The position numbers and the translations under genes were made by a program. This document shows, in pieces, positions 1 through 13,518 of a stretch of DNA of 54,475 nt. This stretch comes from Girardia tigrina. Its lineage: Eukaryota. The notes beneath the pieces are model-generated. The model made no database searches and had not been told where the DNA came from. It was given only the letters and a program-made list of their open reading frames with translations. Numbering within the stretch: position 1 is the stretch's first letter; the number at the start of each line of letters is the position of its first letter. Location of the stretch: the NCBI GenBank assembly GCA_001938485.1, contig MQRK01200681.1, positions 1 through 54,475 of the forward strand, read 5' to 3'.

Positions 1-1494
1 AGTACTTTTCAACTTTCTGCGTCCAATGAAAGTCTCCACTGGAACATCTTTAAGGGTAAGAGTGCGTATACAAAAAACAGTTTGTCTTCTTAAATCTGTT
101 GCTTCATCAGCCATAACTGCAATGTGGGAGACCGATCTAACGGATAACATCAAATAGTAGGTGGACATGAAATAGTAGGTGTAATGAATTTTTCAAAAAA
201 TTTTCCACCTACTATTAAAATATTAGGTGTATCGTTTTTAAAGCAATTTATAAAAAAAATATTTTTAAAAATGAAAAAAGAATGAAAAAAGAATCCCAAA
301 AAGAAACTGATCACAGTGATAGTGAAGAAATATTAACTGATGNNNNNNNNNNNNNNNNNNNNNNNNNNNNNNNNNNNNNNNNNNNNNNNNNNNNNNNNNN
401 NNNNNNNNNNNNNTCAAAACAAAAGCACCAAATAGTAGGTGTAAACCAATATTGGGCGCCTTTTCAATTTTTTTTCCACCTACTATTAAAATAGTAGGTG
501 TCCTACTATTTCATGTTATCCGTTAATTTGTTTTAGTGTGCGTGTTTCTAAATGTTATTTTATGGCTTGCAAAATCTCATCAGAAATGTCATGAGAAAGA
601 TAAGAAACAGTGTCTACTATTTTTTTCAATAATATTATTAACAACATCACAATTTGAATGCAAACATTTATTTACAACACAAACAGATTTTTCACAACAA
701 TTTTCAGTGGTCATCTTTCTTTGATTAATATAGTTTTTGATTAAATATTTAAATNNNNNNNNNNNNNNNNNNNNNNNNNNNNNNNNNNNNNNNNNNNNNN
801 NNNNNNNNNNNNNNNNNNNNNNNNNNNNNNNNNNNNNNNNNNNNNNNNNNNNNNNNTTAATTTTTAAAAATATTAAATTTAATAAGTTAAAATCGTTTAC
901 TGAAAATATTATTAAAATTCATAATTACCAAACTTTAATTAATTAGTACTTTAATTTAATATCATTAAATTAATTGCATTAGATTCAAATAATTAATCAA
1001 ATAACATATCAATCCCATCTGGGTAGGAGAGTCACAAATCTAAACAGCATAAAAACAACAAACTTACAACATTCACAATTATCCCTCACAAATATTAAAA
1101 TAAAAAAAAACAATTTTAACAAAAATTTTTACAAAAAATGTTAATTAAAATTTAAACAAGTGTTCAACTTAATTAAAAATTATTGGAACTTAATAATAAA
1201 TTACATTTATATTTAATATAAGTTAATTGGAATTTAAAAAAATTTAATTTGAAATTAAGAAATGTTAATTTGGGTTTCAAAAAACTTAATTGGAAAATAA
1301 AAGTTTAATTTGAAATTAGAAAAGTTTAACTTGAAGTTAAAAACCTATATATTTTACTATAAATTAAATTTTTTTAAATACTTTTTCATTTTATTTGTAA
1401 TTTTAAAATAATTTAAAAATTTTTTTAACAATCTGTAAAAAAGTTGGAGGGGGGGGAATTTCCCCCCGCCCAGAGAGCTCTGGCGGGAACACTG
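1..1494 (-). mobile_element. hAT transposon remnant (ZMYM1/DUF4371-type transposase), runs off window start
   Basis: Minus strand reads YLSHDISDEILQAI...SHIAVMADEATD...VETFIG once the MITE at 140-523 is removed; CAGTGTTCCCGCC terminus at 1494. Confidence 0.6.
140..523. mobile_element. TA-flanked MITE (Tc1/mariner-type) with internal AAATAGTAGGTG repeats
   Basis: TIR ACGGATAACAT(C/G)AAATAGTAGG at both ends; TA duplication; contains an N gap. Confidence 0.75.
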
Positions 1495-1865
1495 ATTTAA
1501 ACAAACTTTAAAACTAGGATTTTATTTTCTTCGATAGTCCTCGAGATGAGGAATCGATTCCATACAATAATGACTAGTAGCTATCACTAAGGTCTTGCTT
1601 TAGACACAATTCATTTGGTAACTTAACTTTTACTCTTTCAGGGATATCGAGAGACATCATATTTTACTCATAATTGCAGCAAACCATTTCTCCTTTTGAT
1701 GAGAAAGTAATATATTTCATTAATTTAAGGGAGTTAGAGAAACATAATTTGAACTTAATCAAATTAATCGAGAGTCGCTGTCGTAACTTTATCTAACTTA
1801 AAATATTGCTTGTTAATTAGTTTGTTTAAATAAAATTTTAAAATTAAAACATCATTTTGTTTAAG

Positions 1866-2019
1866 GTTTCAAGATTTATGTTTGAAGGTCGAGAGATAAA
1901 ACTTATTATGACTTGTGCAGCATTTATCACTATGAACCCTGGTTATGCTGGTCGAACAGAATTACCTGATAATTTAAAGGCATTGTTTAGGCCGATAGCC
2001 ATGATGGTTCCTGACTACA
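1866..2019 (+). CDS. DNAH6: Axonemal dynein heavy chain (DNAH6-like), first exon in window (AAA1 C-part)
   Basis: ag|[51 protein letters not shown]|gt; conserved dynein AAA1 motif, near-identical to the DNAH6 sequence as I recall it. Confidence 0.9.
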
Positions 2020-2067
2020 GTTAATACTTAACCATTTATACTTATTTTGTTTACATATTTTGAATAG

Positions 2068-2339
2068 GATTAATTGCGGAAGTGATTCTTTATTCCGAAG
2101 GCTTTGAATCATCGAAAACATTAGCTCAAAAAATGACTCAAATGTATAAATTGTGCAGTGAACAATTATCACAACAGGATCATTACGATTTTGGAATGAG
2201 AGCACTCAAATCTGTTTTAGTAATGGCCGGTCAGCTCAAAAGAGAAAATCCAGATAAACCAGAAGATGTCGTTTTGATTAGAGCTCTCAGAGACAGTAAC
2301 TTGCCCAAGTTCTTGAAGCAAGATGCTGAATTGTTTAGA
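2068..2339 (+). CDS. DNAH6: DNAH6-like exon 2
   Basis: LIAEVILYSEGF...QLSQQDHYDFGMRALKSVL...DSNLPKFL; AG/GT boundaries and phase match. Confidence 0.92.
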
Positions 2340-2553
2340 GTAAGTAATGAGACTTTAATTAAATTAAATATTGAAACTAATACTATTTATGTTATGGAAG
2401 TTTGCTCTTTGGAAAAAATGGTTAAATTGTAGTATGAAAACTATTTTGTAATTTTTTTAAATTTAAGAAGGAAATGTATTTATTAATCATAAAAATAAAT
2501 CCAACAAAAGATATTTTAATTCATTGTTTAAAATGTTTTGTGAAGAGGAAATA

Positions 2554-3354
2554 CAGTCCACTCTCGTTTCCGGGGCATTCTTTATGGTGGGGCACCTTGA
2601 TTTCTGGGGAAATTTTGGTTTTTGGGGCAAGTTTTAAGATAATCACACTATTACATATTATTTATATTGTGTTTTTATTCCAAAAGTACAATTATGTTTC
2701 GTTTTTTTGNGTATATTTTTTAACCTAAAATAATATTTAATCTTGGTCTGAAATAAGTATCAAAATTTCCCCAAATTTAAAATATTACCAGCTTTTTTTT
2801 TAAAAAATAATGAATAAACTTTTAGTATTCTATTAATTAACTGTTTATTTTTTTAACTTGTGCTTTCGTTAAACATTATGCCAACTAACAGAAGTTTAAA
2901 TCGTTATTAATTGAATATTATTACAAAAATATTTCTAACTTGGTGATAAGAAATTTATTCAAAAAGTTAATTTGAAAGTAACTAAAGACAAAGGAGGCCG
3001 AATTTTATTATCGGATTGTTGTTGGAAGTGTGTGGTAATTTATAAAGAAAAATCATTAAGTTATGATAAACTAAAGCAGGGATGGGAAAAACTTAAAAAA
3101 NTGGAAAATGTTAATGAATATATACCTTTTGATGTTCAAAAAGAATACATCAAGTTTAGAATGCAATTTAATAATTTTTTAAGGAAGGAATTTAAATTTG
3201 GGAAAACAATAACTGATTATTTTAAAAAATTGGAATAAATTTTATTTAGCTTTTCAATGTTTTTTAATTTTTTGGGTGTTTTTTGGTTTTTGGGGAATTC
3301 TTGGTTTTTGGGGCAAAATTTGATATTTTTTGCTCCAAAACCGAGGGTGGACTG
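2554..3354. mobile_element. Non-autonomous Tc1/mariner/pogo-type element
   Basis: Imperfect TIRs CAGTCCACTCTCGTTTCCGGGGCA / CAGTCCACCCTCGGTTTTGGAGCA; TA on both flanks. Confidence 0.75.
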
Positions 3355-3645
3355 TACATAGAATAAATTAGTATGTCTTATCAAGCAGCTAGAGGCAATT
3401 AGAATCTTCATAAATTAACAAAGATTGAAAAATCGAAGTTCAGAAAAATTTTAAATATCAAACTTTTAAAAATTTATTAAAATAAAAACAGTAAAAAGAA
3501 TATTGAGAAATAATTTTAAAATGATATAAAAATGAGTAAGTAAGTCTATAAAAAGGAAAATTTAACAGAAGAAAGTACCCTTTCAAGATTATTTCCATTT
3601 TTAAAACTGCCTAGTTAAACCCTTCAATATTTGTATTATATAGAT

Positions 3646-5035
3646 CAGTGTTTCTCAAAGTCCATAACTATGCGACCACAAAAATTAATGTGCAATGATT
3701 TTGCGACCTCCCCCATGTTTGATTTTCAAATTTTTGCATTAATATTTAGAAAAAAGGTTTTTTATATACATACTATTAAAAAGAAAAAGTTAAGCAGGTA
3801 CATACATTAATTAAGCATTAATACTAAAATAGTTAATTCAAATTTTTATTTTGACAATACATAATATAGTAATAATACATTCACATTTTTTATTTATATT
3901 TCAAGTCCTAAAGGCTTTTATATTGTTGATGCTCTTTAACCAATTTATCTACTCTTCCTTCTATTGAATTATTCAAACTAATTCTCATATTCTGCGTTAC
4001 ATTAACAAGCCTATTTCGATTATTTGTTTTAGGTCTACTAACACAGAAAATCCAGCTTATGCTAAATATGTAGTAGAAAAAGGAAAAAATATAGCCTTTT
4101 CGCTTAACATTGTGTATTCTTCCTGAACTTCCAACCAAAATTTGGTCAAACTTCTTTGTTTAAATAGTAATTCAAAACTTTTATCTGTTGATAATTCAAT
4201 TAAACGCTCTTCGTCTAATGAAGACAGAAAATTGTTTTCGCATTGCATGAATGGATTCTGTATTCACATATTACAGGTACGAATGTCCTGGGAAGGAGGA
4301 AAGTAGATGGCAAATTTGTTTTTTAATTTTAGTAAATGAGCTTTTATAGTAAGTTTTGCAACACCAATTTCTTTAAAATTCAATATGTTTTTCCATCATT
4401 TCCACAAAATTTGGTAACATGTCGAAAGTGTTATTTTTAACTCTATCTAACCAAATATCTGGCTTTTTTGAAAGGCTTCAATTTTGTTATTTCAAGTAAA
4501 AGATTAGTCATAGTACCCTGTATAGATAAATTCAGTTCATTAACTAGTAAAAATACATCAGCCAGATAAGCAACATAATTTTTAAAATTATAAAAATTAA
4601 AATTTAAGTATTAAGTAATTTTAAGTATAATTTAAGTATTAAAATTTTGACGAATAAATAATTAATTTTTTAACAAAACTATTTTCATTGAAATTTGAAA
4701 TTTTTAAAACTTGAAAATTTTGTTATATTTTCCTTGGAAGAAAGCAAATTGAAATATTTTAAAATTTCTGATCAACATGCCTACTTTTTAATTACATACA
4801 TAGTTTTGCCTGCAAATTTTTGTCACAGTTTTTCGTTCCAGAAACACAAATTTCTTTAATATTTTCTGGCAGGAAAAAAATTTTCAAATATTTTTGAAAT
4901 TTCTGATAAAAATTACAATTTTTATACACATTGTAATTTACATATATTAGAATTTATTTTTTCATTATCGCGCAACTACTTTTATACTGTCCGCGACCAC
5001 ACTTGTGGTCGCGACCCCCGGTTTGAGAATCGTTG
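3646..5035 (-). mobile_element. hAT Buster/Charlie-type deleted element
   Basis: 8-bp TSD ATATAGAT; CAGTGTTTCTCAAA terminus; transposase C-terminal remnant LIELSTD...FWLEVQEEY...PFSTTYL. Confidence 0.85.
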
Positions 5036-5699
5036 ATATAGATGATGCGTTTTATTTTTTTGAAGTTTTTAATATAATTATTTGACTTAATATATGCCTA
5101 CAAATAATATAAAATCTTTGTGTTACTTTCTTTATCTTTCCTCCGATCTGCTATTAATATGTGAAATCATTACCAACAGATAATATTATCTGCTTCAGAG
5201 TTCAGGAAATTTGGTCTCATTCTGAAATAATAAATTTAATAAAAAGTTATTTCCCATACTTTTTTCCTTCTTAAAATGGTTGTGGACCTTTCTACTGCAC
5301 AATTGGAAAGGACAATCAAATGAAAATTTTATGCTAATCAAAATGGTTGATCTAAATATATTGTAAAAAATTTATTATAATATGAGAATCATTTGAATTG
5401 ATTATTTTTACTATTTTCTATTTTTATAAACATTTTTCATTATTTTTGACAAGTAATGAGAAGTAAATAAACAAAGAAACAAATAAATTCGAGTTTGTTA
5501 ATTTTGAATTATTTGTTTATTTTTTGAGAGGACAAATATTTTTCTTTATATTATTTCTGGTTCTTAATTTATTATTGCTTCTAAAATTTATTAAATGAAA
5601 GACATTAACTAATTTTAATAATAATAATTAATTAATAATTAATTTTAATAATATATTTGTTAATTTAAAATTTTTTTAAAGGAATAATAATATTAATAT

Positions 5700-7075
5700 T
5701 AATAACATTTGCGCCTGCAACGTCTGAGAGTCCACCACTGAAAGAATATGTTTCTGATGGTATGCGAAAATTCCGCTCCGCAAAACACATGGTAAAGACA
5801 TAAAACACAATGGACGCCCACATCCACTGATAAAAGAGCTCAAAGGCATTCAATTGAAGCTGATCCGACCCAAAAAACGCTCGAACTCGCCGCTGAACTC
5901 CAACCTTCACATATAACCATTATTTGGAAACTTTGAAAGATGAACATGAAAAATAACCGTGATCAAGAGATTCCGCTTGAACTCAATGAAATGAAAAATA
6001 ATCGGAAAATTAACGACTGTTCTTGGCTATTACCAAAATTGAACTATTATGAATTACAACGGATTTTAAGGTTGTATACGATAACCGGAAACGCAAAAAC
6101 CAATAACTGAGTCCAGGTAAACTTGGAAAACGGACTCCTTGAAGTGATCCGCGTCAAAAAAGGGATTTTGTTTGTTAGGTGGATGACTTAGTGACCTTTT
6201 CACTGAGAACTCCTTCTACACGGTCAAATTTTAACCTCTGAAGTTTACTTCACCCAATTATNNNNNNNNNNNNNNNNNNNNNNNNNNNNNNNNNNNNNNN
6301 NNNNNNNNNNNATAACCATTATTTGGAAACTTTGAAAGATGAACATGAAAAATAACCGTGATCAAGAGATTCCGCTTGAACTCAATGAAATGAAAAATAA
6401 TCGGAAAATTAACGACTGTTCTTGGCTATTGCCAAAATTGAGCTATTATGAATTACAACGGATTTTAAGGTTGTATACGATAACCGGAAACGCAAAAACC
6501 AATAACTGAGTCCAGGTAAACTTGGAAAACGGACTCCTTGAAGTGATTCGCGTCAAAAAAGGGATTTTGTTTGTTAGGTGGATGACTTAGTGACCTTTTC
6601 ACTGAGAACTCCTTCTACACGGTCAAATTTTAACCTCTGAAGTTTACTTCACCCAATTATACTGTGTTCAGACCGCTTTGCGTGTTCGTAGTTGATTTTC
6701 AACAAGATAACTCTAGCCCTGATGTTTCACATCGGACTTTCCAAAAACTTGATGAATTTGGTTGGGATGTTCTTAAACACTAAACCAGATAGTCCAGATG
6801 TTGCCCCTCCGATTATCATTTATTCCGGTCACTGGAACATTTCCTTCGCAGATTGAAATTCTTCTCTTCATTGAAGATGAACACGTGGAACAGGCAGTTC
6901 AAAAGGTTTTCGATCTGAAAACGCCAGAGTTTACCACCTCGGAATTTTCTCATTGCAAACTCGTTGTAGAAGAATAATCGAAAATAATGGCGATTGTATT
7001 AATGAAAAATTTATTTTAAAAATTTTACTTTTAATAAAATGTTAATTTACTGACTAAAACTTTGTTCCAACCTAA
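5700..7075 (+). mobile_element. Degenerate mariner element
   Basis: IEADPTQKTLELAAEL, IPLELNE and SPDVAP/DYHLFRSLEHFL motifs; 3' TIR ...TTCCAACCTAA-TA; 5' limit approximate. Confidence 0.75.
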
Positions 7076-7821
7076 TAATAATAATGATAATAATATTAAT
7101 AATACTCATTTTATGTTCATCTAAAAAACTTAATTTTAATTAAAAAATATAATTATTAAAAACAAGTTTCTTTCTAGTTTTTATTGCTATTAACAAATAT
7201 AAAGAAATCAATATCTTTTTCATAATAGTTATCCATCATAGTTTGTAAATAATTTCATCTCTTTTAAGTTCTATATGATTTCCTGAGACTAAAACAAACA
7301 ACAAAAATCACTAGTTTGTTAAAAAATTATTTTACTTATTAAAATAGAAATAAAATAAAAAAATCGATTAATTTAATACAATAATAAAAAAATTTTTCAA
7401 CAATTTAAATAAAAAAACATTTCAAAAATATAAATAAAAAATAACAATTTATATAAATAAAAATAAGATTTTCTTAAAAGAAAATAAACAATTAAAATAT
7501 TTTTAAATAACTCATGTGTTACATACTGGTTGCTATACGGAGTAGCTTATTGAAATTCGGTTCAGCAGATGCTGTGAATTTGTAATTCTATTGTCTTCAA
7601 ATCAAAGACTTTTTTTACTTTGATGATCAGGATTGTGATACAAGATGAAATTGATTTTCAAATCAAGCTTCGGAAGCCATTCTTAATGGCTTATTTATTG
7701 TATGTTTAACTTAGGGTACTGTGCTCTACATTGACCCTTCGAGACAATGGTCAATAATTCAACATTTCAATCAAGATAAACTTCATGCTACTTTTGACGC
7801 AGTGACTGCGTAGTCACGCTT

Positions 7822-8361
7822 TCATGTCAAGCTGTTAATTGTATTATTTTGTCCATTGGATAGGAAGCCGTGTCTCCGCGATATTTTAGAAAGAGAAGAA
7901 ATGTTCGTTGATTTATCATACGCACTCAGAGATTCTCCTCGTTGAATTACATCGTGAATGTTTTTCACTATCATTCTTTGAATACCATTCAAATTTGAAT
8001 TTATTTGAGTAAATGTTATTGGTGTTCGAGTAACTGTATATTTATTTTGAGCATTTTGAATATCTTTATCGAACTCAATAAATGCATATGGTCTTAATGC
8101 CATTTCAAATCTACTGCCATATTCATTGTGAAATTCACCTATAATATCAGTCAACAATATAAATGCCACCTTGTTTGAAAACTCCTTTTCAGTTAAGAGG
8201 ATACAATAAATTCCTCTATCAATTAAATAATGAAAGATATATAGATCACTTTCTATGACACAAACTGAGTGAGATAAATTAGTCATTTTTAATTTTTTTA
8301 TCTTTTGTATTGAAACCGGTTTACGCGGAATTATTTCAATATCTGTTATTAAGTAAATCAT
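7822..8361 (-). CDS. SEC22: Intronless SEC22-like longin R-SNARE lacking the C-terminal transmembrane anchor (nested, antisense; possibly a pseudogene)
   Basis: FHYLIDRGI...AF...EF...RPYAFIEFD..IQ and IQRMIVKNIHDVIQRGESLS match SEC22 longin and SNARE motifs; ATG at 8361 chosen by alignment to the SEC22 N-terminus. Confidence 0.7.
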   Translation of the reverse strand: MIYLITDIEIIPRKPVSIQKIKKLKMTNLSHSVCVIESDLYIFHYLIDRGIYCILLTEKEFSNKVAFILLTDIIGEFHNEYGSRFEMALRPYAFIEFDKDIQNAQNKYTVTRTPITFTQINSNLNGIQRMIVKNIHDVIQRGESLSAYDKSTNISSLSKISRRHGFLSNGQNNTINSLT

Positions 8362-9418
8362 TTCCCCAATTGAAGACAAAACTTTTTCAAATATTTTTAT
8401 TTTTAAGAAACCTTTTTTTATTGAATCAAATTTACACTTTATTTTTGAACAGACATTTTTTTTTACCATTTGAAAACATCGAAAATTCTGTCTTTTTAAA
8501 AATTGATTTGAATTGTGACAACAATTCACAATAACAAATTAACACACATAGCACACACTTTCAACCAATCAATTATTTAACATATCATACACACAAACAC
8601 AAACATACACTTACCAGACATTCACACAAGCCAATCACCAAATAAAAAACATACCTGATCATATTGCAATTACATAATTCCACGCATACATAATTTCACA
8701 AAGGAGGCTGACAATTCATAATTTACATTTTCCTCGATTGATTTGAAAAACCATTTATGAATACATTTCACTAAATTCGACTAATATCAGAATTCAACTG
8801 TAATTGTCNTCGTAATGGAATAAAGAGCTCAATTTTCATTATTTAATTTAATTGTTTTATGTTCAATTATTTAATTTATTTATTTTCTTTTCGTTAATTA
8901 CTTATTTTAATTTAATTAAANATTTATTTAATTATTTTAATTTATTTTAATTGATTAATCTAATTATATATTTTATTTATATTTTACTGAAACTGGCAAA
9001 AATGTTCGGTCAAATCAGCAATTCTCCGCTCCATCCGCTTTACACAGAAATACACACAGTCGACGTGCGGAAATAAATTTCATTAAGATAAGTCTTAACA
9101 AACTATTGTTATATTATGACAAAAAGAAAAGCTATCGATTAATCCAGTTAAAAAATGTCGAATTCAAAGGGTTAAAATGCTTTGGTTAATATTTCAACAA
9201 ATTTTCAGAATTGTCCTTCAATTGAAAAAAGTAAAAAACAGACATTCATGAACTTCGACCATCGCAATAGTTCAGAATATCTATCAAATTTAGAAGCAGA
9301 ATTCTGAAATACTGAAAACTCAAAATTACATAATATATTACGTTGTGTACCAACTAAGTAGAGAGCCTACCTTAGACAAACTAATCTAATTCAAATGAAA
9401 TTTATTTTCCATAACAAC

Positions 9419-9745
9419 TGTTGGGTTCAGACATATTTGACGAACTCGTATTGAAATCGAACTAAAGATGGAGATAGGATACTTGCAAATTTTTATTTCA
9501 GTACAAATTTCTCTTTTCCGAGGAACATTATTTTCTATTCACAAACCTTTATAAATACATCTGGTGTAATATAAATATAAATACGTTAACATTTTAATTT
9601 AAATTTTACAATTTTCAAATTAACAATTTCTCAATTTTAGAGTTTTCACAATTTTTAAAATTTTACAAATTTAGTTTCACAATTCTAAAATTCTTTAATT
9701 TTAATTATAAGGTTTATAACCTTTAGTGAGCACAAATTCCTAACA
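9419..9745. mobile_element. Solo LTR
   Basis: TGTTGGG...CCTAACA termini; exact 5-bp TSD ACAAC. Confidence 0.65.
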
Positions 9746-10479
9746 ACAACTAAATTACAATAGCCTCATTTCTTGTATTTCGTGAAAATAGTGCATATTA
9801 CAGACTTCCTTTTCAGCCTTGATTAGTAAACTCTGTTGATACACAAGCCTGTCTCATTAAAGAATCATGGCTTTTGCCTCTCAAAACGTGTTGATCATGA
9901 CAGATTTTTTGTAACACATTGAAGACAGAATTTTTTTGAAGGCCATTCCCCTGGAAGCTTCTTATCTTTAGACTCTCATCTTCATTCTAGTACATAAAGA
10001 GCAAGAGGTTTGTTATTCATTTCTATAATATTCTGCAAGAAATGGAATCAAACACGTTTAAATATATCCAATTTCTCCACGCAGAAAATCAAACGGTGGT
10101 TTTGCATTTCCACTGTTGAAACAGGCGCTGCAAACCCGAAACTCAACCTTCGAATTCTAGATGTTTCAGTTTAGGACTCTAGAGTACATTTGCTGACATT
10201 TAAGCGCATTGTTAGTAGTGTAATATTTATTCTTCATTCAGCACCATTTGTTTGAAGTTCTCCGGTATTTGTACTTCTCTTTATGTTCATTATTTCTTGA
10301 CAATTTTACTATAATTATTGTAGTAGTTGTATACTTTCTTATAGTTAAATAAGCCTCCGCCGTCTGAACGGATAACTGAGTATTGTAGAGACTTCTGTAC
10401 CAGCATTGGTGTTTCGGTAGTGAGTCATAGACTCTGTATCGGATAGAAACCAGAAATAGACAATACATAGCCTAATGAT

Positions 10480-11049
10480 TTTCTCGCACGGCTGTAGATG
10501 CAAGAATGCAAGCTTTCAGTGCATGGGCACGCTTCGGTTTCCCAGTCAGAAAGGACCAGTCATGATCCCTCGTACCGTGAGTCTGTAGAGCTTTGGCTGT
10601 GTAAACACGTTTCGTACAATGAATAAAGGGACCGGAAATATCCCAACATCATTTGTATTACTTAACCGAAAGTCGAGGACCACCCTTGGAATCACTCCTG
10701 GGTCCATCTCCGCGGTACCATCGAGAGGCACTGACAAATCATGCATCGCGATCTGGTTCGAAGATTTTGTACATCCTTCATCTGCGTTATTTTGTGAAGC
10801 ATTAGTGCCACTGATACTGTCTTGGGTTCGGTGATCGATCAATAAATGTCTCTTTAACCATCCATTTGTTTTATATGTCTTGTGACAATTTTCCATGGGA
10901 CATTTGAAATGTTTGTCACCAGTCTGACGCTGCGGCGTCGTGATCGTATGTAAGTTTTTAATGTGTCTTCTTAGTTCCTTCTGTTCCGCAAAATCTTTGA
11001 AACAAGAAGTATAAGTGCATTGCACTATTTTGATACGTGACTGGAGCAT
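10480..11049 (-). pseudogene. C2H2 zinc-finger ORF, frameshifted
   Basis: CTYTSC..F....ELRRHIKNLH and CPMENC..Y....WLKRHLLIDH; a third finger-like motif (PFIHCTKRVYTAKALQTHGTRDH) follows in another frame. Confidence 0.55.
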
Positions 11050-11569
11050 TTTCGGGTACTCTTTTATATAGATTAAATTATAAATTATATAGTTAAATTG
11101 TATAGAAATACATTTTCTAAAAAAAAATTCGCAAATCATTTGAACATATATGCATAATATGCACTTCAATTATTTTATTTTTTGATTTTGTATTTGTCTT
11201 GGTTAGTAAAATAGATGGAAAATTGTGATAATGAATATTATAAAACTGGCGTCGAAGTTAACATTAAAAAGCATTTTCAACAACTTTTATAAATTTGGAT
11301 CTGGTGAAAATTTTGTTAATTACATTTGTGCAGTAGCTCGAGTTAATGTTTTCATAATTTTATAATTAATATTTAATGATTTTTGGAAAAAGTCCAAATA
11401 TGTGTGGTTTCATAAAAATATATTATTTATGACAAATATTATGTTCTTCATAAAAGCACTTTTATGTCAAAATTAATTCTTTAAATCGTGAATTGTCATT
11501 TGTAGTTCAAAAGTTTTTTTAGACTCTTAAATTATAGAAAGTTTATTTTGTGAAATTATTTTTTTTATT

Positions 11570-12570
11570 ATTGGGTTTTAGGTACAATCCATAATTTGGT
11601 TCCTATCCATGCTTTACCAATATTTAAGACTATTAAAAAGATAGGTAAAAATCTGTGTATGTTTTTAAAGAGTTCAAAATGAAATGTAAATTGGCATAAA
11701 TGTATATCAACGATGCATATGATCAAGAAATCTCTCATGAACGTACAGTTTAACGTTGGTTTCAAATATTGAGTGAGGGAAATGAGATCTTTGACAATGA
11801 AAAAGGTCGTCCATGTAATTATGCTATTGACAACTATCAATTGAAAGCATTATTCTCAGCTAATCTACGTTACTGAACCACTTTCCAGAAATTAGGAAGT
11901 CAGGAAAGCTTGACGAATTGGTGTTACATGAAATAAACGAAAATCAAAGAAAACGTACCGTTTTAAGGTGGGTAATGTACTTCGTTTTCGAAACAAAAAC
12001 TACCTTTCACTGAAAAGCATTGCGATATGTTATGAAACGTTGATTTTGTATGACAAGCAACGGTGATCCGCCCTACAGATGAATGAATAATACGACAATT
12101 GCATCAAAAATGTCAAAGTAATACTTTTGTTAGTGTACAACACAAGTGATCTACAACAACTTTCAAAACCATATAGAAAAGGTAACGTCAGTGTTCGCCA
12201 TATATCAACAAATGATTATGTTTTCTGCGCGACATCGCTCGACCCTATGTCTCACGAATGACCTGGCAAAAGTGGAACGAATTAGTCTATGAAACTCTAC
12301 CTCACCCACCATGCTCTTCAGACCTATCGTCCACTAATTAATATTTCTTTAATGTATTTGAACAACATTTTTAAACATCGAGAATTGGCTCAAAACACCT
12401 AAAGTAAATTTATCCCTTCCAGAACACAAATATTTGCGCTACTAGAATAAATAAACTTGGATCTAGTTAACAAAAATAAATAGATCTTAGTAGCTTTTAT
12501 TTTGATTAATAAAGGTTTTCTAAACTGATATATGCTGTTTTAAAATTAACGGCTAAAGGTCACAATTATA
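11570..12570 (+). mobile_element. Highly degenerate mariner
   Basis: ERTV*RWFQ...GRP, LVLHEI and YETLPHPPCSSDLS motifs; limits approximate. Confidence 0.65.
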
Positions 12571-13419
12571 TTTTACTTTATATAATATTTATATTTAAAA
12601 CTCAGTATTATTATTTAATAATGACATTTAAAATGAGCAAAATAATGATTTTTTAACTTTAATTTCTGTTGTTATAAAAAGGTTAAATATTTAAAATTTC
12701 AAATCTTAATTATTGTGTGAAACATTGAAAATCCTTTTACAAGATTATATGTACCATAAAGTAGCGAAGCTTAGTATTTATTCCTTGTATTATATATCCT
12801 TATCTTGTTTTTTCAACATAAATTCGAGGCATAACTTTTCAATGAGATTTGAAAATTAATAACAACGACACATTATTAAATCAAAACAGAATATAATGAT
12901 GGTTAAAAAAATATATTCTTGAAATATAATTAAATAAATAAACTACTGGTAAAAGCTTTAAAATTTTATATTTCTTGTTCTTCTTTTATCCAACAACATA
13001 AATTTGACTAAAACAAAATTCATACATTTCAGAATATATTTCGACAGATCAAAAGTCATCGTCAGATCACTAACTGATTTATTGATTCATTATTATATAT
13101 ACGATTGATGATTATAAAATATGTTGCATGAAATCGTGCTATTCAAAAATTCTTAATAAGCTGTTTGACGCTGTCGTTTGAATATTGATTTTAAGTCAAT
13201 GTGACATAATTAAAAATGCTTCACATGACACTCTCCGAATAACTATCAAAATATCATAACGGAATCTTGAAATTATCGATTTTAATATCACTTTTGCATT
13301 TTCCATTGTTCAGTAATATGATTCTAGCCCTATTTTCGACCGTGTTTTTGAATTCGTTAATTAAAATTGCAGACATTTTCTCCTATGAATGTAATATTGC
13401 ACCTATTAGATTGATATTC

Positions 13420-13518
13420 TGTAGAATGAGACATATTATTTTGTTTGAATATTCTCGATTTTAAAAATCATTCTTTTGTCATGAAAATAAATCATTATTT
13501 GTCGTTGCTGGAATTACA
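13420..13518 (+). repeat. 5' LTR (99 bp)
   Basis: Direct repeat of 17155-17252 with about 7 differences. Confidence 0.95.

Noticed and set aside
995-1093. Inverted similarity to ~42230-42342 (CCATCTGG.TAGGAGAG.CACAA)
   Set aside because: It is a short, diverged dispersed repeat with no definable ends or function.
5911-6660. ~350-bp tandem duplication inside the mariner
   Set aside because: The copies flank an N gap symmetrically and differ by about 3 SNPs, so this is most likely an unmerged allelic contig overlap.
8362-8529. N-terminal extension of the SEC22-like ORF in the ORF track
   Set aside because: It has no SEC22 similarity and is low-complexity; ATG 8361 fits better.
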